From the NCBI GenBank assembly GCA_963809205.1, contig CAWEIS010000028.1:76469-140468 (forward strand): 64,000 nt of DNA, given 5' to 3'. This DNA is from an uncultured Actinomycetes bacterium (GTDB taxonomy: Bacteria; Actinomycetota; Thermoleophilia; Gaiellales; JAICJC01). Both the position numbers and the translations under genes were made by a program. Shown piece after piece: positions 1 to 8,363 of the stretch; position 1 is the stretch's first letter, and the number at the start of each line of letters is the position of its first letter. Under the pieces are notes generated by a model. That model worked only from the letters and a program-made list of their open reading frames with translations. It searched no databases and was not told where the DNA came from.

Positions 1-1851
1 CTGGCGGCGCCGTTCGCCCAGCCGCGCGATGATGGCGACGCCGACGAGCGGTCGGCCTCGAATCTGCTGCTGGTCGACCACCACCACTCGGTGGTCGCAA
101 CGCTGGACGCGATCTCGCTGGCAATCGGGTTGGTGCTGATCGCGATCACCATCGTGATCACCGCGAAGCGCTGGCGCCGCGCGTCGCCCGCCAGCCGCCG
201 CGTCCTGCTGCCGGTGTACGGCACGGGTGTGATCGTGATGGCCGGCGTCGGCGGGCTGGCGCTCGCCAACACCGGCAGCGACATCGCCTTCTACCTGTTC
301 TCGCTGCTGTTCGTGACGCTGCCGCTCGGCTTTCTGGCCGGCCTGCTGAGCACGCGCCTGGCCCAGGGCGGAGCTGTGTCCGAGCTGGTCGCCTCCCTGG
401 AGCGCGGCGCCGACCCAGAGCGCACACGCGCATCGCTGCGCCGGGCGCTCAACGACCCACACCTGGAGCTGGTCTTCCACCTGTCCGACGGCCGCTGGGT
501 GGACGTCGACGGCGAGCCGGTCGAGCGGCCGACGGAGCGCGGGTACCAGGCGGTGACCGAGGTCGTCCGCGGCAACCAGGTCGTCGCCGCGCTGATCCAC
601 GACCCGATGGTGCGCGAGGACGGCGCGCTGCTCGACTCGGTGTGCACCACGGCGGCGCTGGCGCTCGAGAACCAGCGGCTGCAGGCCGAGCTGCGCGCGC
701 AGCTGTGGGCGGTCAGCCGCCTGGCCGACGAGCAGGCCAGCCTCCGCCGGGTCGCCACCCTGGTCGCCTCGACCACCGACCCGCAGGCGGTGTTCGACGC
801 GGTCACCGAGGAGGTCGCGCGGCTGCTTGAGTCGCCGACGGCGAACCTCGTCCACTACGAGTCGGAGACCACGATCGAGGTCGTCTCCGGCTGGAGCGAG
901 CCGGGCGTCGGCTCGGTGCCGTCGGGCACCAAGCTGGAGATCGACAGCCACACCGTCACGCAGCTGATCCGCGAGACCGGACGCCCCGCCAGGATCGACG
1001 ACTACGGGCCGATCCCCGGCGAGCTCGCGCACCGGCTGCGGGCGCTCGGGTTCAAGGCCGCCGTCGCCGCCCCGGTCTACGTGGGAGGCGACCTGTGGGG
1101 CGCGATCACCATCTCCTCCACCGGCGGCCCCTTCCCATCCGGTGCCGAGACGCGGATCGCCGACTTCACCGAGCTGGTCGGACTGGCGCTGTCCAGTGCC
1201 GAGGCCCGCCGGGCGCTGGCCGCATCACGCGCCCGCGTGGTGGCCGCCGGCGACGCCGAGCGGCGGCGGGTCGAGCGGAACCTCCACGACGGCGCCCAGC
1301 AGCAGCTGGTGTCGATGCGGCTCGGCCTGCGCATGGCGCGCCGCCAGCTCGAGTCCGACCCGGCCGCGGCCGACACCACGCTGGAGCGCGCCGAGCTGGA
1401 GCTGGACGGCGCCCTCGAGGAGCTCCGCAAGCTCGCCCGCGGCCTGCATCCCGCCGTGCTCTCCGACCGCGGCCTGAGCCCGGCGCTGCACGCGCTGGCC
1501 GACCGCTCGGGAGTTCCCGTGTCGGTGGTCGGCGTGCCCGACGACCGGCTGCCGGAGTCCGTCGAGGTCGCCGTCTACTACGTCGTCTCCGAGTCGCTCG
1601 CCAACATCGCCAAACACGCGCAGGCCAGCGCCGCCGAGGTCAGCCTGACGCAGTCCGACGGCACGGTCGTGGTCATCGTCGCAGACGACGGCATCGGCGG
1701 CGCGGCGGCGGACGGCGGCGGCGGGCTGCGCGGCCTGGCCGACCGCGTCGAGGCGCTGAGCGGCAGGCTGCGCGTCGAAAGCTCACGCGGTGCCGGCACC
1801 CGGGTGATCGCGGAGATCCCGTGCACCGCCCGTGCGGATAACCGCACCTAG
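1..1851 (+). CDS. Sensor histidine kinase (multi-TM N-terminus, GAF-like middle, HisKA_3 + HATPase_c). The 5' end probably lies upstream of the window.
   Basis: Track ORF 91..1851. The same frame stays open and GC3-rich back to nt 1. Hydrophobic N-terminal helices are present. H-box 'RRVERNLHDGAQQQLVSM' is typical of NarX/DesK-class kinases. C-terminal ATP-lid 'DDGIGG...GLRGLADRVEALSGRL'. Confidence 0.85.
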   Translation: MAAPFAQPRDDGDADERSASNLLLVDHHHSVVATLDAISLAIGLVLIAITIVITAKRWRRASPASRRVLLPVYGTGVIVMAGVGGLALANTGSDIAFYLFSLLFVTLPLGFLAGLLSTRLAQGGAVSELVASLERGADPERTRASLRRALNDPHLELVFHLSDGRWVDVDGEPVERPTERGYQAVTEVVRGNQVVAALIHDPMVREDGALLDSVCTTAALALENQRLQAELRAQLWAVSRLADEQASLRRVATLVASTTDPQAVFDAVTEEVARLLESPTANLVHYESETTIEVVSGWSEPGVGSVPSGTKLEIDSHTVTQLIRETGRPARIDDYGPIPGELAHRLRALGFKAAVAAPVYVGGDLWGAITISSTGGPFPSGAETRIADFTELVGLALSSAEARRALAASRARVVAAGDAERRRVERNLHDGAQQQLVSMRLGLRMARRQLESDPAAADTTLERAELELDGALEELRKLARGLHPAVLSDRGLSPALHALADRSGVPVSVVGVPDDRLPESVEVAVYYVVSESLANIAKHAQASAAEVSLTQSDGTVVVIVADDGIGGAAADGGGGLRGLADRVEALSGRLRVESSRGAGTRVIAEIPCTARADNRT

Positions 1852-1937
1852 GGACGCCAGCCACCCTCATTTCTCCCCCGCTCCTCAGCCGCGAGGCTGT
1901 GCGAATGAACTCTCACACCTCTGGATCGGGAGGAACA

Positions 1938-4265
1938 ATGAATCCCCAGAAGAACCTGGCTGCCCGCATCGGCGGCTGGAGCGTCCGCCACCGGTGGACT
2001 GCGCTGGGGTTGTGGTTCGCTTTCGTCATCATCGCCGTCGTCGGCGGTGCCATGGCGGGCGAGATCGACCTCAAGACCAGCCAGACCGGGAACGGCGAAT
2101 CCGGGCACGCCTCGCAGGTCATCGACAAGGCGGGCTTCAAGGAGAGCGCCAACGAGATGGTGCTGATCACGAGCCCGGCCACGACCGTCAAGAGTGACGG
2201 CTTCGGCGCCACCATCGACGACGTGGTCACCACGCTCGAGAAGGACAAGCAGGTGCAGAAGGTCGTCGATCCCCGCGAGCCGGGCGTCGACGGCAAGATC
2301 GCCGACGGCGGTCACGCTGCGCTCGTCACCTTCGAGGTCAAGGGCGACGAGACCCAGGCCGACACGAACGTCGTCCCGGTCATGGACTCGGTCAAGGCCC
2401 TGTCCGCCGAGCATCCCGGCTTCACCGTCGAGCAGTTCGGTGAGGCCAGCGCGGCGCACGTCCTCAACGACAAGATCGGCAAGGACTTCGAGCACGCACG
2501 CACGGTGTCCCTGCCGCTGACCCTGATCATCCTGCTGTTCGCCTTCGGCGCCATGGTGGCGGCGGGCGTCCCTCTGGTGCTGGCGTTCTCGGCCGTGCTG
2601 GCGACGTTCGGGCTGAACTCGCTGTTCAGCCACGTCATGCCGTCCACCGCGATCAGCGCCGAGATCATCCTGATGATCGGCATGGCCGTCGGCGTGGACT
2701 ACTCGCTCTTCTACCTCCGCCGCGAGCGGGACGAGCGGGCCGCCACGAAGCCGTACGACCGGGCTGCGATCAAGCAGGCGAAGGCCGCCGTCAAGGCAGC
2801 CAAGAAGGCCGGCGACGACGTCGCCGTGCAGGCCGCCCAGGCCGAGCTGAAGGCCGCAAAGGCCACCTCGCGCACCAACCGCGAGCGCGCCCTCGAGGTC
2901 GCCGCGTCGACGTCGGGACAGGCCGTCCTGATCTCGGGCATCACGGTGTTCATCGCCATGTCCGGCATGCTGCTGGCCGGCGATCCCACCTTTATGACGC
3001 TCGGCATCTCGGCCATGATCGTCGTCCTCGTCGCCCTGATCGGATCGCTGACGGGCCTGCCCGCCATCCTGTCCGTGCTGGGTGACCGGGTCGAGCGGGG
3101 CCGCGTGCCCCTGGTCGGCCGGATCACGAAGTCCCGGGACGGCGAGAGCCGGTTCTGGGGCGCGATCGTCGACCGCGTGCTGGCCCGCCCGGCCGTCTCG
3201 GTGATCGTCGCCGGTTCGTTCCTGGTGCTCGCGGCGCTGCCCGCGCTGGCCCTCAAGACCGAGACCCCCAGCGTGGCGTTCCTGCCGCAGGACCTGGGCA
3301 TCGTCCAGACCTACAACCAGGTGCAGAAGGACTTCCCCGGCGGGCCTGACCCGGCCGTGGTGGTCGTCAAGGCCGACAACGTGAGCTCGCCGCAGGCGCA
3401 GTTCGAGATCGGCCAGCTGAAGAGCCAGGCCCTGGCCACCGGCCAGATGAACAACCCGATGGACGTCACGGTCAACCCCGACCACACCGTGGCCGTGGTC
3501 AGCATCCCGCTGACCGGCGACGGCAGGGATGCCCAGTCCCAGCAGGCGCTGAAGACGCTGCGCGACAAGGTCGTTCCGGCCACCGTCGGGCAGCTCCGCG
3601 GCGCCGACGTCGGCGTCACCGGCGGCACCGCCGCATCGGTCGACTTCAACGACCTGATGGGCGTGCGCACTCCGGTGGTGTTCGCCTTCGTGCTCGGACT
3701 GGCGTTCATCCTGATGCTGATCACGTTCCACTCGATCGTGATCCCGATCAAGGCCATCCTGCTGAACCTGCTGTCGATCGCCGCTGCCTACGGCATCCTC
3801 GTGGCGATCTTCCAGCACGGCATCGGCGAGTCGGTGATCGGATTCCACTCGACCGGGACGATCGCGAACTGGCTACCACTCTTCCTGTTCGTGGTGCTGT
3901 TCGGCCTCTCGATGGACTATCACGTCTTCATCCTGAGCAGGGTGAAGGAGTTGGTGGACGGCGGGATGTCGACCCCGGACGCCGTGTCGACGGGCATCCG
4001 CGCGACGGCGGGCGTGGTCACCAGCGCCGCAGTGGTAATGGTGGGCGTGTTCGCACTGTTCGGCACGCTGTCGGTGCTCGACGTCAAGCAGTTCGGCGTC
4101 GGTGCGGCGATCGCGGTGCTGATCGACGCGACCATCATCCGTGGCGTGCTCCTGCCCGCCTCGATGAAGCTGCTCGGTGATTGGAACTGGTACATGCCGA
4201 GCTGGCTGTCCTGGGTGCCGACGCTGCAGCACTCCGCTCCGGCCCCGGCTCCGGCGGAAGCCTGA
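1938..4265 (+). CDS. MMPL/RND-superfamily membrane transporter
   Basis: Track ORF 1899..4265 (788 aa). Two blocks of about 6 hydrophobic helices are each preceded by a large soluble loop, and the N-terminus 'LAARIGGWSVRHRW' is typical of MMPL proteins. Start placed at ATG 1938, 5 nt after GGGAGG; 1899 remains possible. Confidence 0.85.
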   Translation: MNPQKNLAARIGGWSVRHRWTALGLWFAFVIIAVVGGAMAGEIDLKTSQTGNGESGHASQVIDKAGFKESANEMVLITSPATTVKSDGFGATIDDVVTTLEKDKQVQKVVDPREPGVDGKIADGGHAALVTFEVKGDETQADTNVVPVMDSVKALSAEHPGFTVEQFGEASAAHVLNDKIGKDFEHARTVSLPLTLIILLFAFGAMVAAGVPLVLAFSAVLATFGLNSLFSHVMPSTAISAEIILMIGMAVGVDYSLFYLRRERDERAATKPYDRAAIKQAKAAVKAAKKAGDDVAVQAAQAELKAAKATSRTNRERALEVAASTSGQAVLISGITVFIAMSGMLLAGDPTFMTLGISAMIVVLVALIGSLTGLPAILSVLGDRVERGRVPLVGRITKSRDGESRFWGAIVDRVLARPAVSVIVAGSFLVLAALPALALKTETPSVAFLPQDLGIVQTYNQVQKDFPGGPDPAVVVVKADNVSSPQAQFEIGQLKSQALATGQMNNPMDVTVNPDHTVAVVSIPLTGDGRDAQSQQALKTLRDKVVPATVGQLRGADVGVTGGTAASVDFNDLMGVRTPVVFAFVLGLAFILMLITFHSIVIPIKAILLNLLSIAAAYGILVAIFQHGIGESVIGFHSTGTIANWLPLFLFVVLFGLSMDYHVFILSRVKELVDGGMSTPDAVSTGIRATAGVVTSAAVVMVGVFALFGTLSVLDVKQFGVGAAIAVLIDATIIRGVLLPASMKLLGDWNWYMPSWLSWVPTLQHSAPAPAPAEA

Positions 4266-4269
4266 TCCT

Positions 4270-4325
4270 GTGCCAGGGGGTCAGGATCCTTGGCACATGT
4301 GCCAAGGATCCTGACCCCCTGGCAC
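4270..4325. promoter_or_regulatory. Perfect 56-bp palindrome (28+28 nt, no spacer, no mismatch) in the MMPL / cyclase-RR intergenic gap. Could be an operator or an RNA hairpin.
   Basis: GTGCCAGGGGGTCAGGATCCTTGGCACA|TGTGCCAAGGATCCTGACCCCCTGGCAC, verified base by base. It starts 5 nt after the MMPL stop codon and ends 11 nt before ATG 4337. Confidence 0.9.
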
Positions 4326-4336
4326 ACCTGTAACCT

Positions 4337-5563
4337 GTGCCGTTCATGCCCCAGCTCCCGATCGGCACGGTCACCTTCCTGTTCACGGACATCGAGGGGT
4401 CGACCAAACTCCTCTCCCGCCTCCGTGACGGCTACGCCGGCGTCCAGAACGACCATCGCTCGCTGCTGCGGACGGCGGTCACCGCCGCCGGCGGCGAGGA
4501 GGTCGACACGCAGGGCGACTCCAGCTTCTTCGCCTTCCGCGGCGCCCGCGAGGCGATCTCGGCGGCGGTCGCCGCGCAGCGCGCCCACGCCGGGCACCAG
4601 TGGCCGGCGGACGGCGAGGTCCAGGTGCGGATGGGCATCCACACCGGCGAGCCGGTGCTGGCCGAGGACCGCTACATCGGCCTCGACGTCCACCGCGCCG
4701 CGCGAATCTGCGACGCCGGGCACGGCGGGCAGGTGCTGATCTCCTCAACTGCCCTGGCGCTGACCGGCGGCGACCTCCCACAGGGCGTCACCGTGCGCGA
4801 CCTGGGCGAGCACCACCTGCGCGACCTCGACCGGCCGGAGCGGCTGCACCAGCTGGTGATCGACGGGCTGAACCAGGAGTTCGCCGAGCCGAACACGATC
4901 GGGCGCCACGCCGGCCAGTCGCTGCGCGTGGTGCTGGCCGACGACTCGGTGCTGCTCCGCGAGGGCGTCGCCCGGATCCTGGAGGAAGCCGACTTCGACG
5001 TCGTCGGGCAGGTCGACAACGCGGACGACCTGCTGCGCCGGATCGGCTTCTCGAAGCCCGACGTGGCGATCGTCGACATCCGCATGCCGCCGACCCACAC
5101 GGATGAGGGCCTGCAGGCCGCCGCACGGATCCGCGAGCGGTTCCCCGGCGTCGGCGTGCTGGTGCTGTCCTCTTACGTCGAGCCCGCCTACGCCGTCGAG
5201 CTGCTGTCCGAGAGCGCTGAGGGGATCGGCTACCTGCTGAAGGACCGGGTCGCCGACGTGGACGAGTTCGCCGATGCCGTGCGGCGTGTCGCCCAGGGCG
5301 GCTCGGCCCTCGACCCGGCCGTCGTCCGCCAGCTCGTCGGACGGCCGCGGGGCGACGACCCGCTCGACCAGCTGACACCGCGCGAGCGCGAGGTGCTCTC
5401 GCTGATGGCCGAGGGTCGCTCCAACGCCGGCATCGCGTTGCACATGGTGGTGACGGAGCGGGCAGTCGAGAAGCACGTCACCAGCATCTTCCAGAAGCTG
5501 GGGCTGCCCCAGGCGACGGAGGATCACCGCCGGGTGCTGGCGGTGCTCGCCTACCTCAAGTAG
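4337..5563 (+). CDS. Class III nucleotidyl-cyclase domain fused to a NarL/LuxR-type response regulator (cyclase-REC-HTH)
   Basis: N-terminus 'GTVTFLFTDIEGSTKL...TQGDSSFFAF...VRMGIHTGEP...GLDVHRAARI' gives the cyclase fold signatures. REC follows with 'VVLADD', 'VAIVDIRMPP', 'LVLSS' and 'YLLKD'. C-terminal LuxR HTH 'LTPREREVLSLMAEGRSNAGIA...TVEKHVTSIFQKLG'. Confidence 0.9.
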   Translation: MPFMPQLPIGTVTFLFTDIEGSTKLLSRLRDGYAGVQNDHRSLLRTAVTAAGGEEVDTQGDSSFFAFRGAREAISAAVAAQRAHAGHQWPADGEVQVRMGIHTGEPVLAEDRYIGLDVHRAARICDAGHGGQVLISSTALALTGGDLPQGVTVRDLGEHHLRDLDRPERLHQLVIDGLNQEFAEPNTIGRHAGQSLRVVLADDSVLLREGVARILEEADFDVVGQVDNADDLLRRIGFSKPDVAIVDIRMPPTHTDEGLQAAARIRERFPGVGVLVLSSYVEPAYAVELLSESAEGIGYLLKDRVADVDEFADAVRRVAQGGSALDPAVVRQLVGRPRGDDPLDQLTPREREVLSLMAEGRSNAGIALHMVVTERAVEKHVTSIFQKLGLPQATEDHRRVLAVLAYLK

Positions 5564-5837
5564 CCGGCGGACCGGCGGAGAACTCGCCGGTGCGGATCCG
5601 CTCGACCATCCGGGCGGACTCCTCGCGGATCACCGTTCCGTCCTCGAGCTCGATCACCGGCAGCTTGCGCTGGCCGGACAGCTCCTGGACCTCGGGCCGC
5701 TTCGACCACGGCGCCCATTCGTGCTTGACGATCTCGTAGGGCACGCCGGCGTCGTCCAGCGCCTTCTGCACGCGCCAGCACGGATGGCCGCCGACCTTCA
5801 CGAACAGTGCCGAGCATCGATGCAGCTTGATCGCCAT
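5556..5837 (-). CDS. Glutaredoxin-like / GST N-terminal (thioredoxin-fold) small protein
   Basis: 93-aa ORF 'MAIKLHRC...GHPCWRVQKALDDAGVPYEIV...LPVIELEDGTVI', a Grx/GST_N-like beta-alpha-beta layout. Overlaps the convergent cyclase-RR gene by 8 nt. Confidence 0.7.
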   Translation of the reverse strand: MAIKLHRCSALFVKVGGHPCWRVQKALDDAGVPYEIVKHEWAPWSKRPEVQELSGQRKLPVIELEDGTVIREESARMVERIRTGEFSAGPPAT

Positions 5838-5862
5838 CTTCGGCTCCTTTCACCGGTTTCGA

Positions 5863-5944
5863 TGCGGGCGAGAGGACTCGAACCTCCACGGCCTTCGCCA
5901 CCGGCTCCTAAGGCCGGCGCGTCTACCAATTCCGCCACGCCCGC
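5863..5944 (-). tRNA. tRNA-Leu: tRNA-Leu (anticodon UAG), class II with a long variable arm
   Basis: Reverse complement reads GCGGGCGTGGCGGAATTGGTAGACGCGCCGGCCTTAGGAGCCGGTGGCGAAGGCCGTGGAGGTTCGAGTCCTCTCGCCCGCA. Acceptor GCGGGCG/CGCCCGC, anticodon loop CUUAGGA, T-loop TTCGAGT. Confidence 0.9.
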
Positions 5945-5971
5945 GTGAACTGACCACAGTAGTCGAGAAAA

Positions 5972-8041
5972 GTGCGTCAACCCATCAAGCGCCGGGCGTT
6001 TCACGCCGATGACCTCCTCTGGAACCGTCCCGTCCCTTCTCCCTCCGTCCCGCGAGGCTTGACCAACCCGTCACCGCACCCCGCCGTAACGCTGCACGCC
6101 GACCGGCCGCTGTCCGACGCATCCACCGATTCGCTCGGGCACTCGTCGTTTGCTCGGCACCTGTCGCGTTGCATCGCCGAGCACGCGCCCGCTGACGGGA
6201 TCGTGTTCGGCGTCTACGGCGCGCCCGGCTCCGGGCGCTCGACGGTGCTCAGCTTCGTCCGCCAGGCGCTGCGCGAGGATCCGGCGCTGGCCGGCTTCAC
6301 GGTCGTCGACTGGAATCCGTGGCTGCTGGGCTCCGACGGCGACACGGCCGCGCTGCGGGCCGAGGTGGCCGCCGCGCTGGCCGGGGACGCGAAGGTCGTG
6401 GTCGCCGTCGACGACGTCCACCGGCTGGACGAGCGCGAGGCGCGCGAGCTGCTGCGGCTGGTGGCCGGGTACGCCGGCACCCCGAACCTGGTGTTCGTGC
6501 TGACGCTGGAGCACGGGATGCCCGGCTCCGACCTGCTGGGCAAGGTCGTGCAGGTGCCGATGGAACTGCCGCTGCCCGACCGCGCGTCGCTGCAGCAGAT
6601 GTTCGTCGACCTGCTCTCACCGGTGCTGACGGCCGAGCGCGACGCCCACCTGCTGGACGAGGAGTACTGGGGCGAGGTGTGCGTCAACGGACTCGACCAC
6701 TTCCTGGCGACGCCGCGGGACGCCATCCGGCTGGCCAACGCGGTCACAGCGACGCTGCCCTCCGTTCACGGCGAGGTGAACCCGGTCGACTTCGTCGCCC
6801 TGGAGACCCTGCGGCTGTTCTCGCCGATCGCCTACGAGAGCATCCGCCAGCGCCGGGACGCGTTCCTGCTGCCGCCCGAGGCGCGGCGGGCCGACACCGG
6901 CATGCTGAAGATCACCCAGGAGTTCCACGAGCGCTGGCGCGAGCGGATCGACCCCGACGACCGGGAGGCGGTCGACTTCCTGGTCATGCGGCTGTTCCCG
7001 CGCGTGACCGACGTGCTGGGGATGCGCCAGATCGGCGCAGACGCCGAGGAGCAGTGGCGCGCCAACCTGCGGGTGTGCACGGCCGAGCTGTTCCCGGTCT
7101 ACTTCCAGCTCTCGATCCCGGCCGGCGCGATCTCCAACGCCGACCTGCAGTCGCGGCTCGAGCACCTGGACGATCCGGCGCAGTTCGCCGCCATCCTGCT
7201 CGAGCTGGCGCGCGACTCGCGGCCCGACGCGCCGGCCCGGCTGCGCGCCTTCCTGGAGCGGCTGGAGACGCACATCGGCGACAACGCCAGCGGCGAGGAG
7301 GTGGAGTCGGCGCTGCGCGCGATCTTCCAGGCGGCCGACGATCTGCTGCGCCGCGAGGACCAGGCCGGGAGCGACGGCTCGATCGACGCCCAGGCCCAGA
7401 TCCGCCGGATCGTCCGGCGGTTCGTACTGCAGATCGAGCCGGGCGAGCGGGTCAATCTGCTGGAGAGCACCTTCGCGGCCGGTGCCTCGCTGGCGACAAT
7501 CGTGGACACCGTCGTCATGCTCGGCCAGGAGCACGGCAAGTACGGCGGCGAGTGGCGCGAGGGCTCGACCACCATCGTCTCCCTGTCGCAGCTCGCGCAG
7601 CTGGAGAACCTGGGCCTCGCCTTCGTCCGCGACGCGGCGGCCGAGGACCGGCTCGTACGCGTGCCCCGCATGCCCGACGTGCTGCAGTGCTGGTCGACCT
7701 GGAACCGCGGCGAGTGCCGGACGTGGGTCGCCCGGACGATCGAGACCGACGACGGGCTGCTCGCGTTCCTCGAGCCGTTCATGCGCGAGGCCGGGTCTCC
7801 CAGCGCCAGCGCCCGCGGCCCGCGGGTCGCCAACCGGCTCGACCAGCGCCGGCTGCGCCCGTTCCTGGAGCCGGGCTCGATCGTCGAGCGGGTGAAGGCG
7901 CTGTCGGAGCGCAGCGACGTCGACGACCAGTTCAGGGCGCTGATGGAGCGCTACGTGCTCGACCACGAGCTGCTGCAGCAGGCCACCAGCGCCGAGTACT
8001 CCGAGGGCGACTCGGCGGCCGGCGACCTGCACGCTGCCTGA
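5972..8041 (+). CDS. KAP-family-like P-loop NTPase (soluble, atypical Walker A)
   Basis: 689-aa ORF. 'DSLGHSSFARHLSRCI...GIVFGVYGAPGSGRSTVLSF' resembles the KAP NTPase N-terminal signature, and a Walker-B-like 'VVVAVDDVHRLD' follows. The Walker A Lys is Arg. No hydrophobic insert lies between the A and B motifs. Confidence 0.65.
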   Translation: MRQPIKRRAFHADDLLWNRPVPSPSVPRGLTNPSPHPAVTLHADRPLSDASTDSLGHSSFARHLSRCIAEHAPADGIVFGVYGAPGSGRSTVLSFVRQALREDPALAGFTVVDWNPWLLGSDGDTAALRAEVAAALAGDAKVVVAVDDVHRLDEREARELLRLVAGYAGTPNLVFVLTLEHGMPGSDLLGKVVQVPMELPLPDRASLQQMFVDLLSPVLTAERDAHLLDEEYWGEVCVNGLDHFLATPRDAIRLANAVTATLPSVHGEVNPVDFVALETLRLFSPIAYESIRQRRDAFLLPPEARRADTGMLKITQEFHERWRERIDPDDREAVDFLVMRLFPRVTDVLGMRQIGADAEEQWRANLRVCTAELFPVYFQLSIPAGAISNADLQSRLEHLDDPAQFAAILLELARDSRPDAPARLRAFLERLETHIGDNASGEEVESALRAIFQAADDLLRREDQAGSDGSIDAQAQIRRIVRRFVLQIEPGERVNLLESTFAAGASLATIVDTVVMLGQEHGKYGGEWREGSTTIVSLSQLAQLENLGLAFVRDAAAEDRLVRVPRMPDVLQCWSTWNRGECRTWVARTIETDDGLLAFLEPFMREAGSPSASARGPRVANRLDQRRLRPFLEPGSIVERVKALSERSDVDDQFRALMERYVLDHELLQQATSAEYSEGDSAAGDLHAA

Positions 8042-8092
8042 CGCACCGCGGCAGGGAACGGCCAGGGCGGCTGGTATCGTGTGACTCGGCGC

Positions 8093-8168
8093 GGTGGCCG
8101 TAGCTCAGCTGGTGGTAGCCCCGGGTTGTGGTCCCGGAGGTCGTGGGTTCGAGTCCCACCGGTCACCC
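8093..8168 (+). tRNA. tRNA-His: tRNA-His (anticodon GUG) with G-1
   Basis: GGTGGCCGTAGCTCAGCTGGTGGTAGCCCCGGGTTGTGGTCCCGGAGGTCGTGGGTTCGAGTCCCACCGGTCACCC. Anticodon loop TTGTGGT, an extra 5' G pairs with C73, T-loop TTCGAGT. Confidence 0.9.
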
Positions 8169-8363
8169 CTCTCTGCATACGTTGCCCCGGACGGCACCAT
8201 TACATGTTCCCGCCCGGATCCTCAACGCTTCTTCACAGTTTCCTGAGACATCGGCTCAAGAATGAGAGTTGTCCGACCGATCAGGAACGCTGGTTTCCGG
8301 CGGCACGCGGCGCCCAGGTCGCACTCGATCGCACCGCCGCCCATTGAGAACAGGGGAGGTTCC

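Noticed and set aside
1848-3848. A 666-aa minus-strand ORF, plus many similar long ORFs in the track (for example 6319..8103 +, 28705..30357 -, 59664..61238 +, 14161..15960 - as a single protein, 50574..51800 -).
   Set aside because: They lie antisense to, or out of frame with, genes that have clear family signatures. Their translations are Arg/Gly/Pro/His-rich low-complexity strings, which is typical of shadow ORFs in 70% GC DNA.
4270-4325. TGGCAC motifs in the palindrome, and CTGGCAC in the 18.9-kb repeats, considered as sigma-54 -24 elements.
   Set aside because: No GC/TTGCA -12 element follows at the required 5-nt spacing, and the genome type (high-GC Gram-positive-like) generally lacks RpoN. 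The match is most likely chance.
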